Made by a program: the position numbers and the translations under genes. DNA of 64,000 nt, taken from Okamejei kenojei. Lineage: Eukaryota. The notes beneath the pieces were generated by a model, which had not been told where the DNA came from, did no database searches, and saw only the letters and a program-made list of their open reading frames with translations. The stretch covers positions 25,420,001-25,484,000 of the forward strand of contig CM069137.1 of NCBI GenBank assembly GCA_035221665.1, given 5' to 3'. Every line of letters begins with the position of its first letter. Within the stretch, counting starts at the first letter, position 1. This document shows positions 50,946-62,847 of this stretch, in pieces.

Positions 50946-52308
50946 CTATCTCTTAATCACCTAGTTTAACTGGTAAGTTTCAATCAATGCTATGACTTAG
51001 TAAATTACCCCACCTTTCCAGTTGAAGGAGATACGGCACTGGGATGAACACATTTAAAGGATGTATTCACAGTGAATATGTGAATAATGTGAATCATTCA
51101 TACGTAAATCATAGTTGTTTTGCTATTTCTTCTCATACATCCATCAAATTTTCCACTGTGGTTTACACTGCACAGTTTTACAGCTGGACCAAAGTTTAAA
51201 AAATGTTGAATCCTTCAGATAGTTTTTCTTTCTTAAGCCAACACAAATCACATAATATGGGGGAAAGGTTCCTCTTCTGTTTTTGAAGGGTGGTGCCACT
51301 TTGAGAGATATTGAAGCTCTGAAAGGCATTGCATAAATGCTAGTCATTTTCAAACAGCATGCAGGCAAGCCTTCATTGGCTCCATACGTGGGATGGCCCA
51401 TTCATAAGCTTATTCATATCCAGTCTCACTAGCATCAAACAGTTCTGTCACAAATGATCAAACTCATTCCATTTATTAAAGAGTCCTTTTTGTGTCAGTC
51501 ACAACCAAGTTTTTTTTATTACATTCACAAGATTATGACTTCTTTTCAACTGTGGCCAAGCTGCTCACAGTCTCAAAAACAAGCATATTTCTGTTAAGAT
51601 TTTTTTTGTGCAACTGGAAATGCATCTAAATTAATGTGACTTTGAGTGTTGCACGATCCATTCCTGTCATCATATCCTTGATGTGCTTCCAAATTGTTAT
51701 TGAGTTTAAATTCATGATGTAAATTCAGAGTGATTTCCGGTTCTTTTTATTCTGCTTTGAGTATTTGTGCACAGAACTGCACATTTTATACGAGTAATTA
51801 TTGCTTCGAGCACCTACTGCTTTTCTGAGGTATTTTCATCTGGGAAGATCCCCTTGAGGAGAGTTACATGATGGTCAAGGTCATTGAAATACACACACAT
51901 GTAAGGCAGCCCAATGAAATCACATTTGATAAGCATGAACATTTTCCAGCCAAATATGAAAGATAATTATTACTGTTGACTTGGTAACACAGATGTTGGG
52001 TATACTCTAGAATTTTTCCTTGCAAGAAAATATGTCAAATAGTTATTTCAGCATTAAAAACATTATCCCAAATAAAATCAAGAAAAGCATTTAACACATT
52101 CAATCGTGAGTTATACTTCGGAGTCACGTGAGTGACTACGTGAATAGAAGCCCGTACAGCCGTTGGTGCGTCTTGACGTCAGACGCTGGTGCAGTCGGGC
52201 GGGGGGAGCAGCAGCGCTCCTCCGAGCGGTAAGTTTAAACCGCGGGTTACATGGAAAGCTGGAGAATTCAGCGGGTGCAGCGGCATCTAAGGAGCGAAGG
52301 AGATGGGC

Positions 52309-52336
52309 GACGTTTCGGGTCGAGACCCTTCTTCAG
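52309..52336 (-). ncRNA. Minimal type I hammerhead ribozyme motif in a Penelope-type pLTR piece (52254-52360)
   Basis: CUGAAGA-A-GGG UCUCGA CCC-GAAA-CG-UC: conserved boxes present, 3-bp helix II, loopless palindromic helix III. Confidence 0.65.
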
Positions 52337-52753
52337 ACTTCACCCTCCATTCTCCAGCAGTTTTCGTTAACAAGTTGAAAACGAGGTAAGGTTTGTTGAA
52401 ATACTTTACCACAGGTCTTTTTCTGCAACGGTTGGGAGTTTTTGTAGATAAGTTGCAGAAAGGGAAGAAGGTGTCGGCGAGGCGCTCCGGGGGTAGAAAG
52501 GTAAAGTGGCAGGAGAGTGTTGAGGATGGAGGCCCGTCTGGTACACCTGGTCCGGTGCTGGCTACACAGCCAGTGGTTGCGGACCCACTGCCGGGGGGCA
52601 GTGGAGGCTTGTCAGTAGGGTGGAAGGCCACTGGCAAGTCTCTGTGGCCCGTAAATGAGTCGGGCCTGGAGGTTATACCCTCCATAGGAGAGTCCGTTTG
52701 CTCACGGCTCTCCCACGTCGAGATGCTATTACAAAAGAATGCTCGACAGGGAC

Positions 52754-53072
52754 CAGCTCCGTGGGGGAGGAGTGGTGCCCAAGCCAGGCTGATGGAGAGC
52801 TTGTGCTAGCAGCACCTGTTTCAGGGCTGCAGAACTATCCTGCCTGTGAGGAGGATGTTCCAGCTCCGTGAGGAGGAGTGATGCCCAAGCCAGGCTGATG
52901 GAGAGCTTGTGCTAGCAGCACCTGTTTCAGGGCTGCAGAACTATCCTGCCTGTGAGGAGGATGTTCCAGCTCCGTGAGGAGGAGTGATGCCCAAGCCAGG
53001 CTGATGGAGAGCTTGTGCTAGCAGCACCTGTTTCAGGGCTGCAGAACTATCCTGCCTGTGAGGAGGATGTTC
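52754..53072 (+). repeat. 106/107-bp tandem triplication in DIRS gag region
   Basis: Units 52754-52860, 52861-52966 and 52967-53072; units 2 and 3 look identical. Confidence 0.95.
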
Positions 53073-53839
53073 TATCAGGGCAGTTTGCTGACACTGTTTC
53101 TATGCTGGGGGAGAGCAAGGTGTTCGATTGGAGGTAATTCCGAACATTGCTGGGAAGTTTGCTGAGTGTAGAGAGGCAGGAAAGGCGATTGATGTAGAAT
53201 TGGCCGAAGCCATTCAGTATATGCTCTCCCACCAGTTACAGGAGCTAGCTATGGATGAAGTAGCAAAAAACTATAAAGCTCCTGTTAATTGTGATCTCCT
53301 GAAGGTACCGGTGGTTAATCACCAAATTTGCATAGATGGGTTTGCCTGCTAGGGCCCAGGAGATGAAGTTTTAAAAAAGTGCTTAAACTGTTGTAAGCAG
53401 GTATTACAGCTGTGGTGAAAGTTATTGATACAAATGATATGGTTGAAGCACACCAGGATGAACTGGGACTCCTTTGTAATGCATTTTGAAATTAATAATG
53501 TCGGGAGGGCCGCTATTAGGCCAGTGCTAACCGAATTTGGCGAGTTGTGCAAACCGACCAGTGTACCACCACGAAATCTGTTGTTTGGTGGTAACCTTGC
53601 AAAAAGGGTCAAAGACTGTTATGAGGTTGTTATAACCATGGCCCTCATTAAGCCAGCTGGAAGCAAGGCAAAAAATGTTCTCTACAAGAAGTCGAGGACA
53701 ACAAGGCCGCAAGGAAAGATGCTGGTAAGGAATATAACATTTGACAGACGATGAATTAACTGATGTTCCTGTTCAAATTGGGGAAGGTTAAAATTGTTCT
53801 CAAACAATGGCAGCAGTTGACATCAGATTTGTTCATACT

Positions 53840-55090
53840 TAGTGTATTGAAGGCAGTCGTTACATCAGAAGGGGTAATTGAGCCTTCTGTCTATCAAAGT
53901 CAACAATTTCTGTCAAGTATATTTCCCAGATCTAAAAAGACTGGGGGATGTAGAATTATTCTGGATTTATCGAATTTGAACAAATTTGTTTGTTATAGGC
54001 ATTTCAAAATGGAGAACTTTACCACGTGCAAACATCTAGTGTCCAAAGGGTATTAAATGGCAACCATTGATTTAAAGAATGCGTATTACGCAGTGTCTAT
54101 TCATGGTGATGATAGAAGATATTTGAAATTTATTTGGATGACTGAGCTGTGGCAATTCAGGACATTGCCGAATGGATTAACTTCAGCTCCTAGATTATTT
54201 ACTAAATTGGTAAAACCTGTGTTAGCATTGCTTAGAGCTCAGGGGCATGTGGTAATGGCCTATTTAGATGATTTCAGGTTGTTGGAAAGACTCATGCTGA
54301 AACTCAATCATCAGTTTCAGTTGTTAAAATCACTTTTGAACAAATGGGATTTGTTATTCACCCAGGTAAATCTAAATTATCACCAGTCCAAATTATTGAT
54401 TATCTGGGATTTACCATTAATTCCAATCACATGTTGGTAACTTTGCCCAGGGATAAATTGAATCAGTTAATTGAGGACTGTGCTAATCTCGTTGGAGAAC
54501 AACGGCCTTTGATTAGACAAGTAGCCAGTTTTATTGGGAAGTTGTTGCAGCCTTTCCAGCTGTGCAGTATTGTCCTCTGCATTATCAACAATTACAACCA
54601 TCAAAGGAACAGGCACTGAGAATACAAAGGGGCTATTTTTGATAGGCCTATGCAGTTGTCAGCTGGGGCGATTGCTGACATACAATGGTGGATAGTACAT
54701 GTTTCAAAAAATTTAAGGAAGGTTTCGTGGAATCACCGTCACTGATATTACAGACTGATGTGAGTGCACTGGGTTGGGGTGCAACAGATATGTCTTCTAG
54801 TTGTGGAGGCAGATGGAATGTGCATGAGACATCGCTTCCTCAATTAAGAGGGATTGATTATTTAGAGTTGTTGGGCACCTGGTATGGGCTCAAAACTTAT
54901 TGTTCTACAAGGAGGGATCTGCATGTGCAGCTCAGATTCACAACACCACAGCAGTGGCATATGTAAACCACATGGGTGGAGTTAAGTCACAGTCTTGTGA
55001 TAGACTGGCTAACCAGATTTGGAGCTGGTGTATTGACCAAAATATCTGGCTTTCAGCACTTTATTTGCCAGGAAGAGGTCACATCAGTTA
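53840..55090 (+). pseudogene. DIRS reverse transcriptase / RNase H (disrupted)
   Basis: KKTGGCRIILDL, HFKME, IDLKNAY, LPNGLTSAPRLFTK, YLDD, YLGF, TDVS..GWG, LELL, NTTAVAYVNHMGG across frames with stops. Confidence 0.9.
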
Positions 55091-55490
55091 ATGACAACAT
55101 TGAATGGATGTTAAATCAGGATGTGTTTAACCAAATGATTGATCAGTATGCATTGCCAGATATTGACTTGTTTGCATCTCGATTAAATCATCAGTTACCT
55201 AGATATGTTTCATGGTAACCAGATTCTGGGGCAGTAGCAGTGGATGCATTTTCGCTGCATTGGGGGAGGAATGTTTGTGTATGTATTTCCTTCATTCTGT
55301 CTCATCAGCAGATGTTTGCAAAAGATCAAGGAGGACACCGCTTCAGGGGTATTGGTAGTGCCAAATTGGCCTACACGAGCATGGTTTCCCGTTGTATTAC
55401 AAATGGCTAGGGAGCCTTACATGCTTATGCCCAAGAATAAAAATCTACTGGTAAATCCAGTCACTGGGGATCAACATCCTTTATAGGATC
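55091..55490 (+). pseudogene. DIRS DAM-like methyltransferase domain (disrupted)
   Basis: IDLFASRLNHQLPRYVSW, DAF, YVFPSF, LVVPNW motifs typical of the DIRS MT domain. Confidence 0.85.
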
Positions 55491-55529
55491 GTATTGATCT
55501 GTTAATTTGCAGATTTTAAGGAGGCCATA

Positions 55530-56330
55530 CCTGGGGAGAGGACTGTCTCATCGGACGGTGGATGTTCTCACGTCGGCCTGCAGGGATAGTACACAGCAGC
55601 AATATATCACCTATATAAGGAAGTGGGAGCAATTCTGCCTACAGCAGGATATTGTATATCACACGGCAGGGATCACGGATGTATTGGAGTTTGTCAACTC
55701 TTTATTTTGACCAAAAAATTAAGTTACAGTGCAATTAATTCAGCCAGAAGTGCTCTGTCTTCTTATTTACCTATGAATGCAGAATTGCATACAGTAGGGA
55801 CACATCCGTTAGTTCACGATTCATGAAGGGAGTTTTCAATTCTAATCCTCCTAAACTCAGGTATGCCGGTATTTGCAATGTGAGTGAGGTTTTTATGCTT
55901 CTTCGCCAGTGGGCTCCGGTTACAAGCCTATCTATAGCCAAATTAACTATGAAGGTGGTCATGCTTCTGGTGTTGGTTTCAGCCCAACGTGTACAAACAT
56001 TGCAAAAGCTACGGCTAGATAGAATTCATGTGTCGGCTGATGCCATTATATTTTATGTCTATGATTTGCTTAAACATAATAAAAGAGGCATGACAGGATG
56101 TAAGATTGTGTTTTCAGCATACCCCGCAGATGATCGCTTCTGTATAGTCTCACATTTATCTCGTTACATTGAGATTACTAAACCTCTGAGAGGAATAGAG
56201 TTGGCTTTGTTTATTAGTCACAAAAAACCACACAGTAAGGTGTCGGTGCAAACTATTTCAAGGTCCTCGCGGCCACAGGATGGTTCAGTGAGCTAATTTC
56301 AGAGGGTTTGTCACAAGCCGATTTCAAGGC
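55530..56330 (+). pseudogene. DIRS tyrosine recombinase (disrupted)
   Basis: STQQQY..YIRKW, LSYSAINSARSALS, LVSAQRVQTL, LFISHKKPH..VS..TISR; the HxxR segment is absent. Confidence 0.85.
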
Positions 56331-57464
56331 TCGGGGTGTTTGCTGATTCTGGTGTCAGTACTGTTACACTTTTCCCCTGAGTTAGAGGGGTTTGTTATGA
56401 TTTGTTAGTACATAACCTGTTATTCCATTTAACAAATGTATTACTGATGCATGATTGATTGTTAACGACTTTTGAGTCAATCCAGGCAGTGTGAACGTCG
56501 GATTTGAGTCTGCGGCGTGAATTCACAGTGCTTTGAAGTCTTCACGTAGTCACTCACGTGACTCCGAAGTAAAATAGTAAGATTAAACGAGAACTTACCA
56601 GTTTGAAGTTTGATCTTTATTTTATGAGGAGTCGAGTTGAGGGACTACGTGCCCTCCGCTCCCACCCTCATAGATCTCATCTGGTAGTTCTAGTTTTATC
56701 ATCTTACCGTTATACTTCGGTCATTGTTAGCTGTGAATTCATTCCGCTGCTTTGAAGATTGACGCACCAACGGCTGTACGGGCTTCTATTCACGTAGTCC
56801 CTCAACTCGACTCCTCATAAAATAAAGATCAAACTTCAAACTGGTAAGTTCTCGTTTAATCTTGAGTTAATTCTAGATGTTTCTAATGCGTTTCTTGAGA
56901 GAAAAAAAAAGAATATTCATCTTTTTAAGTAACTTTCATGAAAGGACGTTAACATTTGAATAGAACTGTGAACAGTTAACTTTAATTATGACCATAACCT
57001 CAAAAAATGATAGCATTTCAACATTATATTTCATTGTTAGTAATATAATACATTAACCAAGATGGAGACTGGGCCAGAGGCATACATGTGAGTGATTTCT
57101 TTTATAATTAACCCCTTTGCAAACAGAAAGGGACAGTTCTGAACTTAATTGCTGAGCCCTTAGGAAAGATGTTTAGCTTTCAAATGCATTCATTTAAGAG
57201 TTATATTTTATGCAAGTGTACTTTAATTTGGGCAACCATAATTTGTTTTGCTACTTTTTTGGGAGTACTTCGACAAGTGTACATTTCCAGATCAATTTAG
57301 AATAGCTCACTTTCCCTGTTTAACTATCAGAAATAATTAAAATAAGCTGCATCCTGATCACTTTGTTTCAGTGAGAACATTGTTGGTTGAATCCAAGGTC
57401 AAGAAATCCAACATTTCCCCAAAGCGTAGGATAATAATCTAAATCAGCACATGAGGGGGGAAAA

Positions 57465-57983
57465 AAGAGGGGAAGGGCAATAGTAATAGGGGATTCAATT
57501 GTCAGGGGAATAGATAGGCGTTTCTGCGGCCGCAAACGAGACTCCAGGATGGTATGTTGCCTCCCTGGTGCAAAGGTCAGGGATGTCACTGAACGGCTGC
57601 AGAACATTCTGGAGGGGGAGGGTGAACAGCCAGTTGTCGTGGTGCATGTTGGCACCAACGATATAGGTAAAAAAAGGGATGAGGTCCTACAAGGTGAATT
57701 TAGGGAGCTAGGAGATAAACTTAAAAGTAGGACCTCAAAGGTAGTAATCTCCGGATTACTACCAGTACCACGGGCCAGTCAGAGTAGAAATAGGAGGATA
57801 ATGCAAATGAATACGTGGCTTGAAAAGTGGTGCAAGGGGGAGGGATTCAAATTTTTAGGGCACTGGGACCAGTTCTGGGGGAGATGGGACCGGTACAAAC
57901 AGGACGGTTTGCACCTGGAATGGAATGGAACCAATGTTCTTGGGGGAGTGTTTGCTAGTGCTGTCGGGGAGGATTTAAACTAA
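57465..57983 (+). CDS. CR1 ORF1 C-terminal SGNH/GDSL esterase domain (5'-truncated)
   Basis: IVIGDSIVR (upstream of the listed Met), CLPGA, HVGTND, DGLHL catalytic blocks in one open frame. Confidence 0.9.
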   Translation, partial: KRGRAIVIGDSIVRGIDRRFCGRKRDSRMVCCLPGAKVRDVTERLQNILEGEGEQPVVVVHVGTNDIGKKRDEVLQGEFRELGDKLKSRTSKVVISGLLPVPRASQSRNRRIMQMNTWLEKWCKGEGFKFLGHWDQFWGRWDRYKQDGLHLEWNGTNVLGGVFASAVGEDLN

Positions 57984-58133
57984 TGTGGCAGGGGGATGGG
58001 TACAAGAGCAGAGAGGCAGGAGGGTGTAAAATGAGGGTAGAAGCATTAGGTAGCAAGGTGAAAATCAAAAAGGGCCACTTTTCAGCAAAATTGTATAAGG
58101 GGTAAGTGCGTTGTAAAGACAAGCCTGAAGGCT

Positions 58134-60857
58134 TTGTGTCTCAATGCAAGGAGTATTCGTAATAAGGTGGACGAGTTGAACGTGCAGATAGATATTAATG
58201 ATTATGATATAGTTGGGATCACGGAGACATGGCTCCAGGGTGACGTAGGCTGGGAGCTGAACATCCAGGGATATTCAATATTCAGGAGGGATAGAGAGAA
58301 AGGAAAAGGAGGTGGGGTAGCGTTGCTGGTTAGAGAGGAGATTAACGCAATGGAAAGGAAGGACATTAGCTTGGAGGATGTGGAATCGGTATGGGTAGAG
58401 CTACAAAACACTAAGGGGCAGAAAACGCTGGTGGGTGTTGTGTACAGGCCACCTAACAGTAGCAGAGAAGTTGGGGATGGTATCAAACAGGAAATTAGAA
58501 ATGCGTGCGACAAAGGCAAAACAGTTATAATGGGTGACTTCAATCTACATATAGATTGGGTTAATCAAATTGGCAGGGGTGCTGAGGAAGAGGATTTTTT
58601 GGAATGTATGCGGGATAGTTATCTAAATCAACATGTAGAGGAACCAACGAGAGAGCAGGCTATTTTAGACTGGGTTTTGAGTAATGAGGAAGGGGTAATT
58701 AGCCGTCTTGTTGTACGTGCCCCCTTGGGCAAGAGTGACCATAATATGGTTGAGTTCTTCATTAGGATGGAGAGTGACATTGTTAATTCAGAAACAATGG
58801 TTCTGAACTTAAAGAAAGGTAACTTTGAGGGTATGAGACGTGAATTGGCCAAGATTGACTGGCAATTAATTCTAAAAGGGTTGACGGTGGATATAGAATG
58901 GAAGACATTTAAAGACTGCATGGATGAACTACAAAAATTGTTCATCCCAGTTTGGCAAAAAAAAAATCGGGGAAGGTAGTGCATCCGTGGATAACAAGGG
59001 AAATCAGGGATAGTATCAAAGCAAAGGATGATGCGTACAAAGTAGCCAGAAAAAGCAGCATACCAGAGGACTGGGAGAAATTCAGAGACCAGCAGAGGAG
59101 GACAAAGGGCTTAATTAGGAAAGGAAAAATAGATTATGAAAGAAAACTGGCAGGGAACATAAAAACTGACTGCAAAAGTTTTTATAGATATGTGAAGAGA
59201 AAGAGGTTAGTTAAAACAAATGTAGGTCCCTTGCAGTCAGAAACAGGTGAGTTGATCATGGGGAACAAGGATATAGCAGGGGACTGTGGGTCAAAGGAGG
59301 AATTGAGTGAAATCCAGGTCAGTCGGGAAGTGGTGTTGGGTAAATTGAATAGATTAAAGGCCGATAAATCCCCAGGGCCAGATAGGCTGCATCCCAGAGT
59401 ACTTAAGGAAGTAGCTCAGGAAATAGTGGATGCATTAGTGATAATCTTTCAAAACTCTTTAGATTCTGGAGTAGTTCCTGAGGATTGGCGGGTAGCAAAT
59501 GTAACCCCTCTTTTTAAGAAGGGAGGGAGAGAGAAAACGGGGAATTACAGACCAGTTAGTCTAACATCGGTAGTGGGGAAACTGCTAGAGTCAGTTATTA
59601 AAGATGGGATAGCAGCACATTTGGAAAGTGGTGAAATCATTGGACAAAGTCAGCATGGATTTACAAAAGGTAAATCATGTCTGACGAATCTTGTGGAATT
59701 TTTCGAGGATGTAACTAGTAGCGTGGATAAGGGAGAACCAGTGGATGTGGTATATCTGGACTTCCAGAAGGCTTTCGACAAGGTCCCACATAAGAGATTA
59801 GTATACAAACTTAAAGCATACGGTATTAGGGGTTCAGTATTGATGTGGATAGAGAACTGGCTGGCAAACAGGAAGCAAAGAGTAGGAGTAAACGGGTCCT
59901 TTTCACAATGGCAGGCAGTAACTAGTGGGGTACCGCAGGGCTCAGTGCTGGGACCCCAGCTATTTACAATATATATGAATGATCTGGATGAGGGAATTGA
60001 AGGCAATATCTCCAAGTTTGCGGATGACACTAAGCTGGGGGGCAGTGTTCGCTGTGAGGAGGATGCTAGGAGACTGCAAGGTGACTTGGATAGGCTGGGT
60101 GAGTGGGCAAATGTTTGGCAGATGCAGTATAATGTGGATAAATGTGAGGTTATCCACTTTGGTGGCAAAAACAGGAAAGCAGACTATTATTTAAATGGTG
60201 GCCGATTAGGAAAAGGGGAGATGCAGCGAGACCTGGGTGTCATGGTACACCAGTCATTGAAAGTAGGCATGCAGGTGCAGCAGGCAGTGAAAAAAGCGAA
60301 TGGTATGTTAGCTTTCATAGCAAAAGGATTTGAGTACAGGAGCAGGGAGGTTCTACTTCAGTTGTACAGGGTCTTGGTGAGACCACACCTGGAGTATTGC
60401 GTACAGTTTTGGTCTCCAAATCTGAGGAAGGACATTATTGCCATAGAGGGAGTGCAGAGAAGGTTCACCAGACTGATTCCTGGGATGTCAGGACTGTCTT
60501 ATGAAGAAAGACTGGATAGACTCGGTTTATACTCTCTGGAATTTAGGAGATTGAGAGGGGATCTTATAGAAACGTACAAAATTCTTAAGGGGTTGGGCAG
60601 GCTAGATGCAGGAAGATTGTTCCCGATGTTGGGGAAGTCCAGGACAAGGGGGTCACAGCATAAGGATAAGGGGGAAATCCTTTAAGACCGAGATGAGAAA
60701 GACTTTTTTCACACAGAGAGTGGTGAGTCTCTGGAACTCTCTGCCACAGAGGGTAGTTGAGGCCAGTTCATTGGCTATATTTAAGAGTGAGTTGGATGTG
60801 GCCCTTGTGGCTAAGGGGATCAGAGGGTATGGAGAGAAGGCAGGTACGGGATACTGA
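58134..60857 (+). pseudogene. CR1 ORF2 (APE endonuclease plus RT) with frameshifts at about 58960 (A-run) and about 60650 (G-run)
   Basis: LNARS, ITETW, YRPP, GDFN, SDH; KSPGPD, QHGF, GVPQGS, FADD. Confidence 0.95.
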
Positions 60858-61387
60858 GTTGGATGATCAGCCATGATCATATTGAATGGCGGTGCAGGCT
60901 CGAAGGGCTGAATGGCCTACTCCTGCACCTAATTTCTATGTTTCTATGTTTCTAAACTGCTTCCTCAATTCAATCCTAAAAAGATGCTGCACTGTTGAAT
61001 ATACTATGCTGATTAATGCCACTAAATTTCTGCACCAACTCATCTTCCATGCCACAATTCTTAGCCACATTACTCTCCAACATAAGGGCACAGATGGTAA
61101 CAAGCAAGTTGCTCAAGCAGGTAAGAAGGTAAAAAGGTTAGCAAGCACAAGGGGCCATTTGGCCTATTTTGTCCGCATCAGCTGTCCACTGGAGAAACTC
61201 TGGTTCCATCCATTGGATCCTTCTGCATGGTCTTGCACATGTTTTCCCAACGCATTTACCCATTTCATATCCCTATCGAAGCCCTAAGTGGAACGTATCT
61301 CCACTAAATCTATGTCAGCGAAATCCACAGTCCACTGCTTGGTAAAAACAGTTTATCACTATCAATTCCATCTAGTACCCCAGAGAC

Positions 61388-61575
61388 ACAGAAGACTTGG
61401 AGATGCTGGAATCTTGCATTAAAAAAAAAAACACAATGCTGGAGGAACAATGTGTCTGTGGAGGGACCTGCAGGATCTGTGGGTAAGACTGAAGTAGGAT
61501 CCTAACCTGAAGCATGATCTGTCCATTTCCTTCCACAGATGCTGCCTGGCCTGCAGAGTTCCTCCAGCATTTTTT
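61388..61575. mobile_element. Collapsed inverted Penelope-type pLTR
   Basis: aatgctggaggaac ... gttcctccagcatt inverted pair with a degenerate hammerhead motif between. Confidence 0.6.
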
Positions 61576-61601
61576 TTTCCCATTCAGACCCCTCATCATT
61601 T

Positions 61602-62256
61602 TATGTAGGAAGGAACTGCAGATGGTGGTTTAAACCAAAGATAGACACAAAATGCTGGAGTAACTCAACAGGACAGGCAGCATCTCTGGAGAGAAGGAGT
61701 GGATGATGTTTCATGTTGAGTTCCTTCTTCAGACAATTCAGGGAAAGGGAACAAGAGGTATAGACAGTGATGTAGAGAGATATAAAACAAGTGAATGAAA
61801 GATATGCAAAAAGTTAACAATGATTAAAGGAAACAGGCCATTGTAGCTGTTTGCTTGGTGAGAACGGGAACCTGGTGCGACTTGGGTGGAGAAGGGATGG
61901 AGCAAGAGGGAGTACAGGGATTACTTGAAGTTTGAGAAATGAATAATCATACCAATGGGTTGTAAGCTGCGCAAGCAAAATATGAGATACTGTTCCTCCA
62001 ATTTGCGATTAGCCGCACTCTGACAATGGAGGAGGCCTAGGACAGAAAGGTCGGTGTGGAAATGGGAATGGGAATTAAAGCGTGTGGCAACCGAGAGATC
62101 AGGTAGGTCACTACTGCCCCTCATTGTCTATATCTCTTGTTTCCCTTTCCCCTGACTAGTCTGAAGAAGGGTCTCGATCCGAAACATCACTCACTCCTTC
62201 TCTCCAGAGATGCTGCCTGTACCGCTGAGTTATTCCAGCATTTTGTGTCTACCTTC
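61602..62256 (-). mobile_element. Penelope-like element 3' end with inverted pLTR
   Basis: ORF 61921..62124(-) SVATRFNSHSH..DLSVLGLLHC...RKLEEQYLIF...LQPIGM; about 130-bp inverted repeats 61642-61770 vs 62121-62251; hammerhead motifs at 61705-61732(-) and 62161-62188(+). Confidence 0.85.
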
Positions 62257-62299
62257 ATCATTTTATATATTTTATCAAATCCAAACACTCTAAGCCTAT

Positions 62300-62845
62300 A
62301 GAATGTACCTTTGTAATTGTAGTCTCTTATCCCACGAATGATTCATGCCTTCATTTCCTTCATATAATGTGGCAACTTGAATTGAACACATTACAACAGT
62401 TGCAGCCAGATTCGTGTTTTGCAAAAGTCCAACATGTCTTCTCTGCTATTATATTTCATGCCACTCTCAATAAAGTGCATCAGTTTGGATAACTTACCAA
62501 TCACTTTCTCAAACTGTCCAAGCTCTTTTAAATAATTGTGATCACATAATGCACTCTGCACCAGCATTCCTTGATATTGCTTTGGCGTTTCAGATAACCT
62601 TGTTTTATAACTCCTTATCAAAATTATTGTGGGAGTCTATGTGCACCACATTGACTACATTACTCCCATCAACCTTACTCCCATTAACCTTAGAAAAAAC
62701 ATTGAAATTTATTATACTCAATTTGTCTTTAATATGTCTTAATTAGTCAATTTTCTTCTAGATGTCCATTAAATCTGACCAAGGTTTCTAAAAGGTCGCC
62801 TGCCACCGAAGTTAAATTGACGGACCTGTAGTTACTGGTCATTCT
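62300..62845 (-). mobile_element. Old CR1 RT fragment
   Basis: NYRSVNLTSVAG motif; heavily decayed. Confidence 0.6.
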
Positions 62846-62847
62846 TA

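Larger units (their letters stand above)
52114..56863 (+). mobile_element. DIRS1-type tyrosine-recombinase retrotransposon, full span, decayed
   Basis: Inverted terminal repeats (52134-52172 vs 56761-56799, 39 bp perfect). Internal complementary region: 56541-56571 is the reverse complement of 52114-52144, and 56579-56651 is the reverse complement of 56791-56863. Domain order gag-RT-RNaseH-MT-YR. Confidence 0.95.
57446..60953 (+). mobile_element. Near full-length CR1 LINE (5'-truncated in ORF1)
   Basis: ORF1 esterase, ORF2 APE plus RT, 3' UTR, (tttctatg)n tail. Confidence 0.97.

Noticed and set aside
52754-53072. Repeats resembling a CRISPR array
   Set aside because: Head-to-tail units without unique spacers; vertebrate context; no cas genes.
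55091-55490. DAM-like methyltransferase as possible bacterial or phage transfer
   Set aside because: An MT domain after RNase H is a standard part of DIRS1 pol.
57549-57983. SGNH hydrolase as a host gene
   Set aside because: Directly upstream of CR1 ORF2; the esterase is a known CR1 ORF1 domain.
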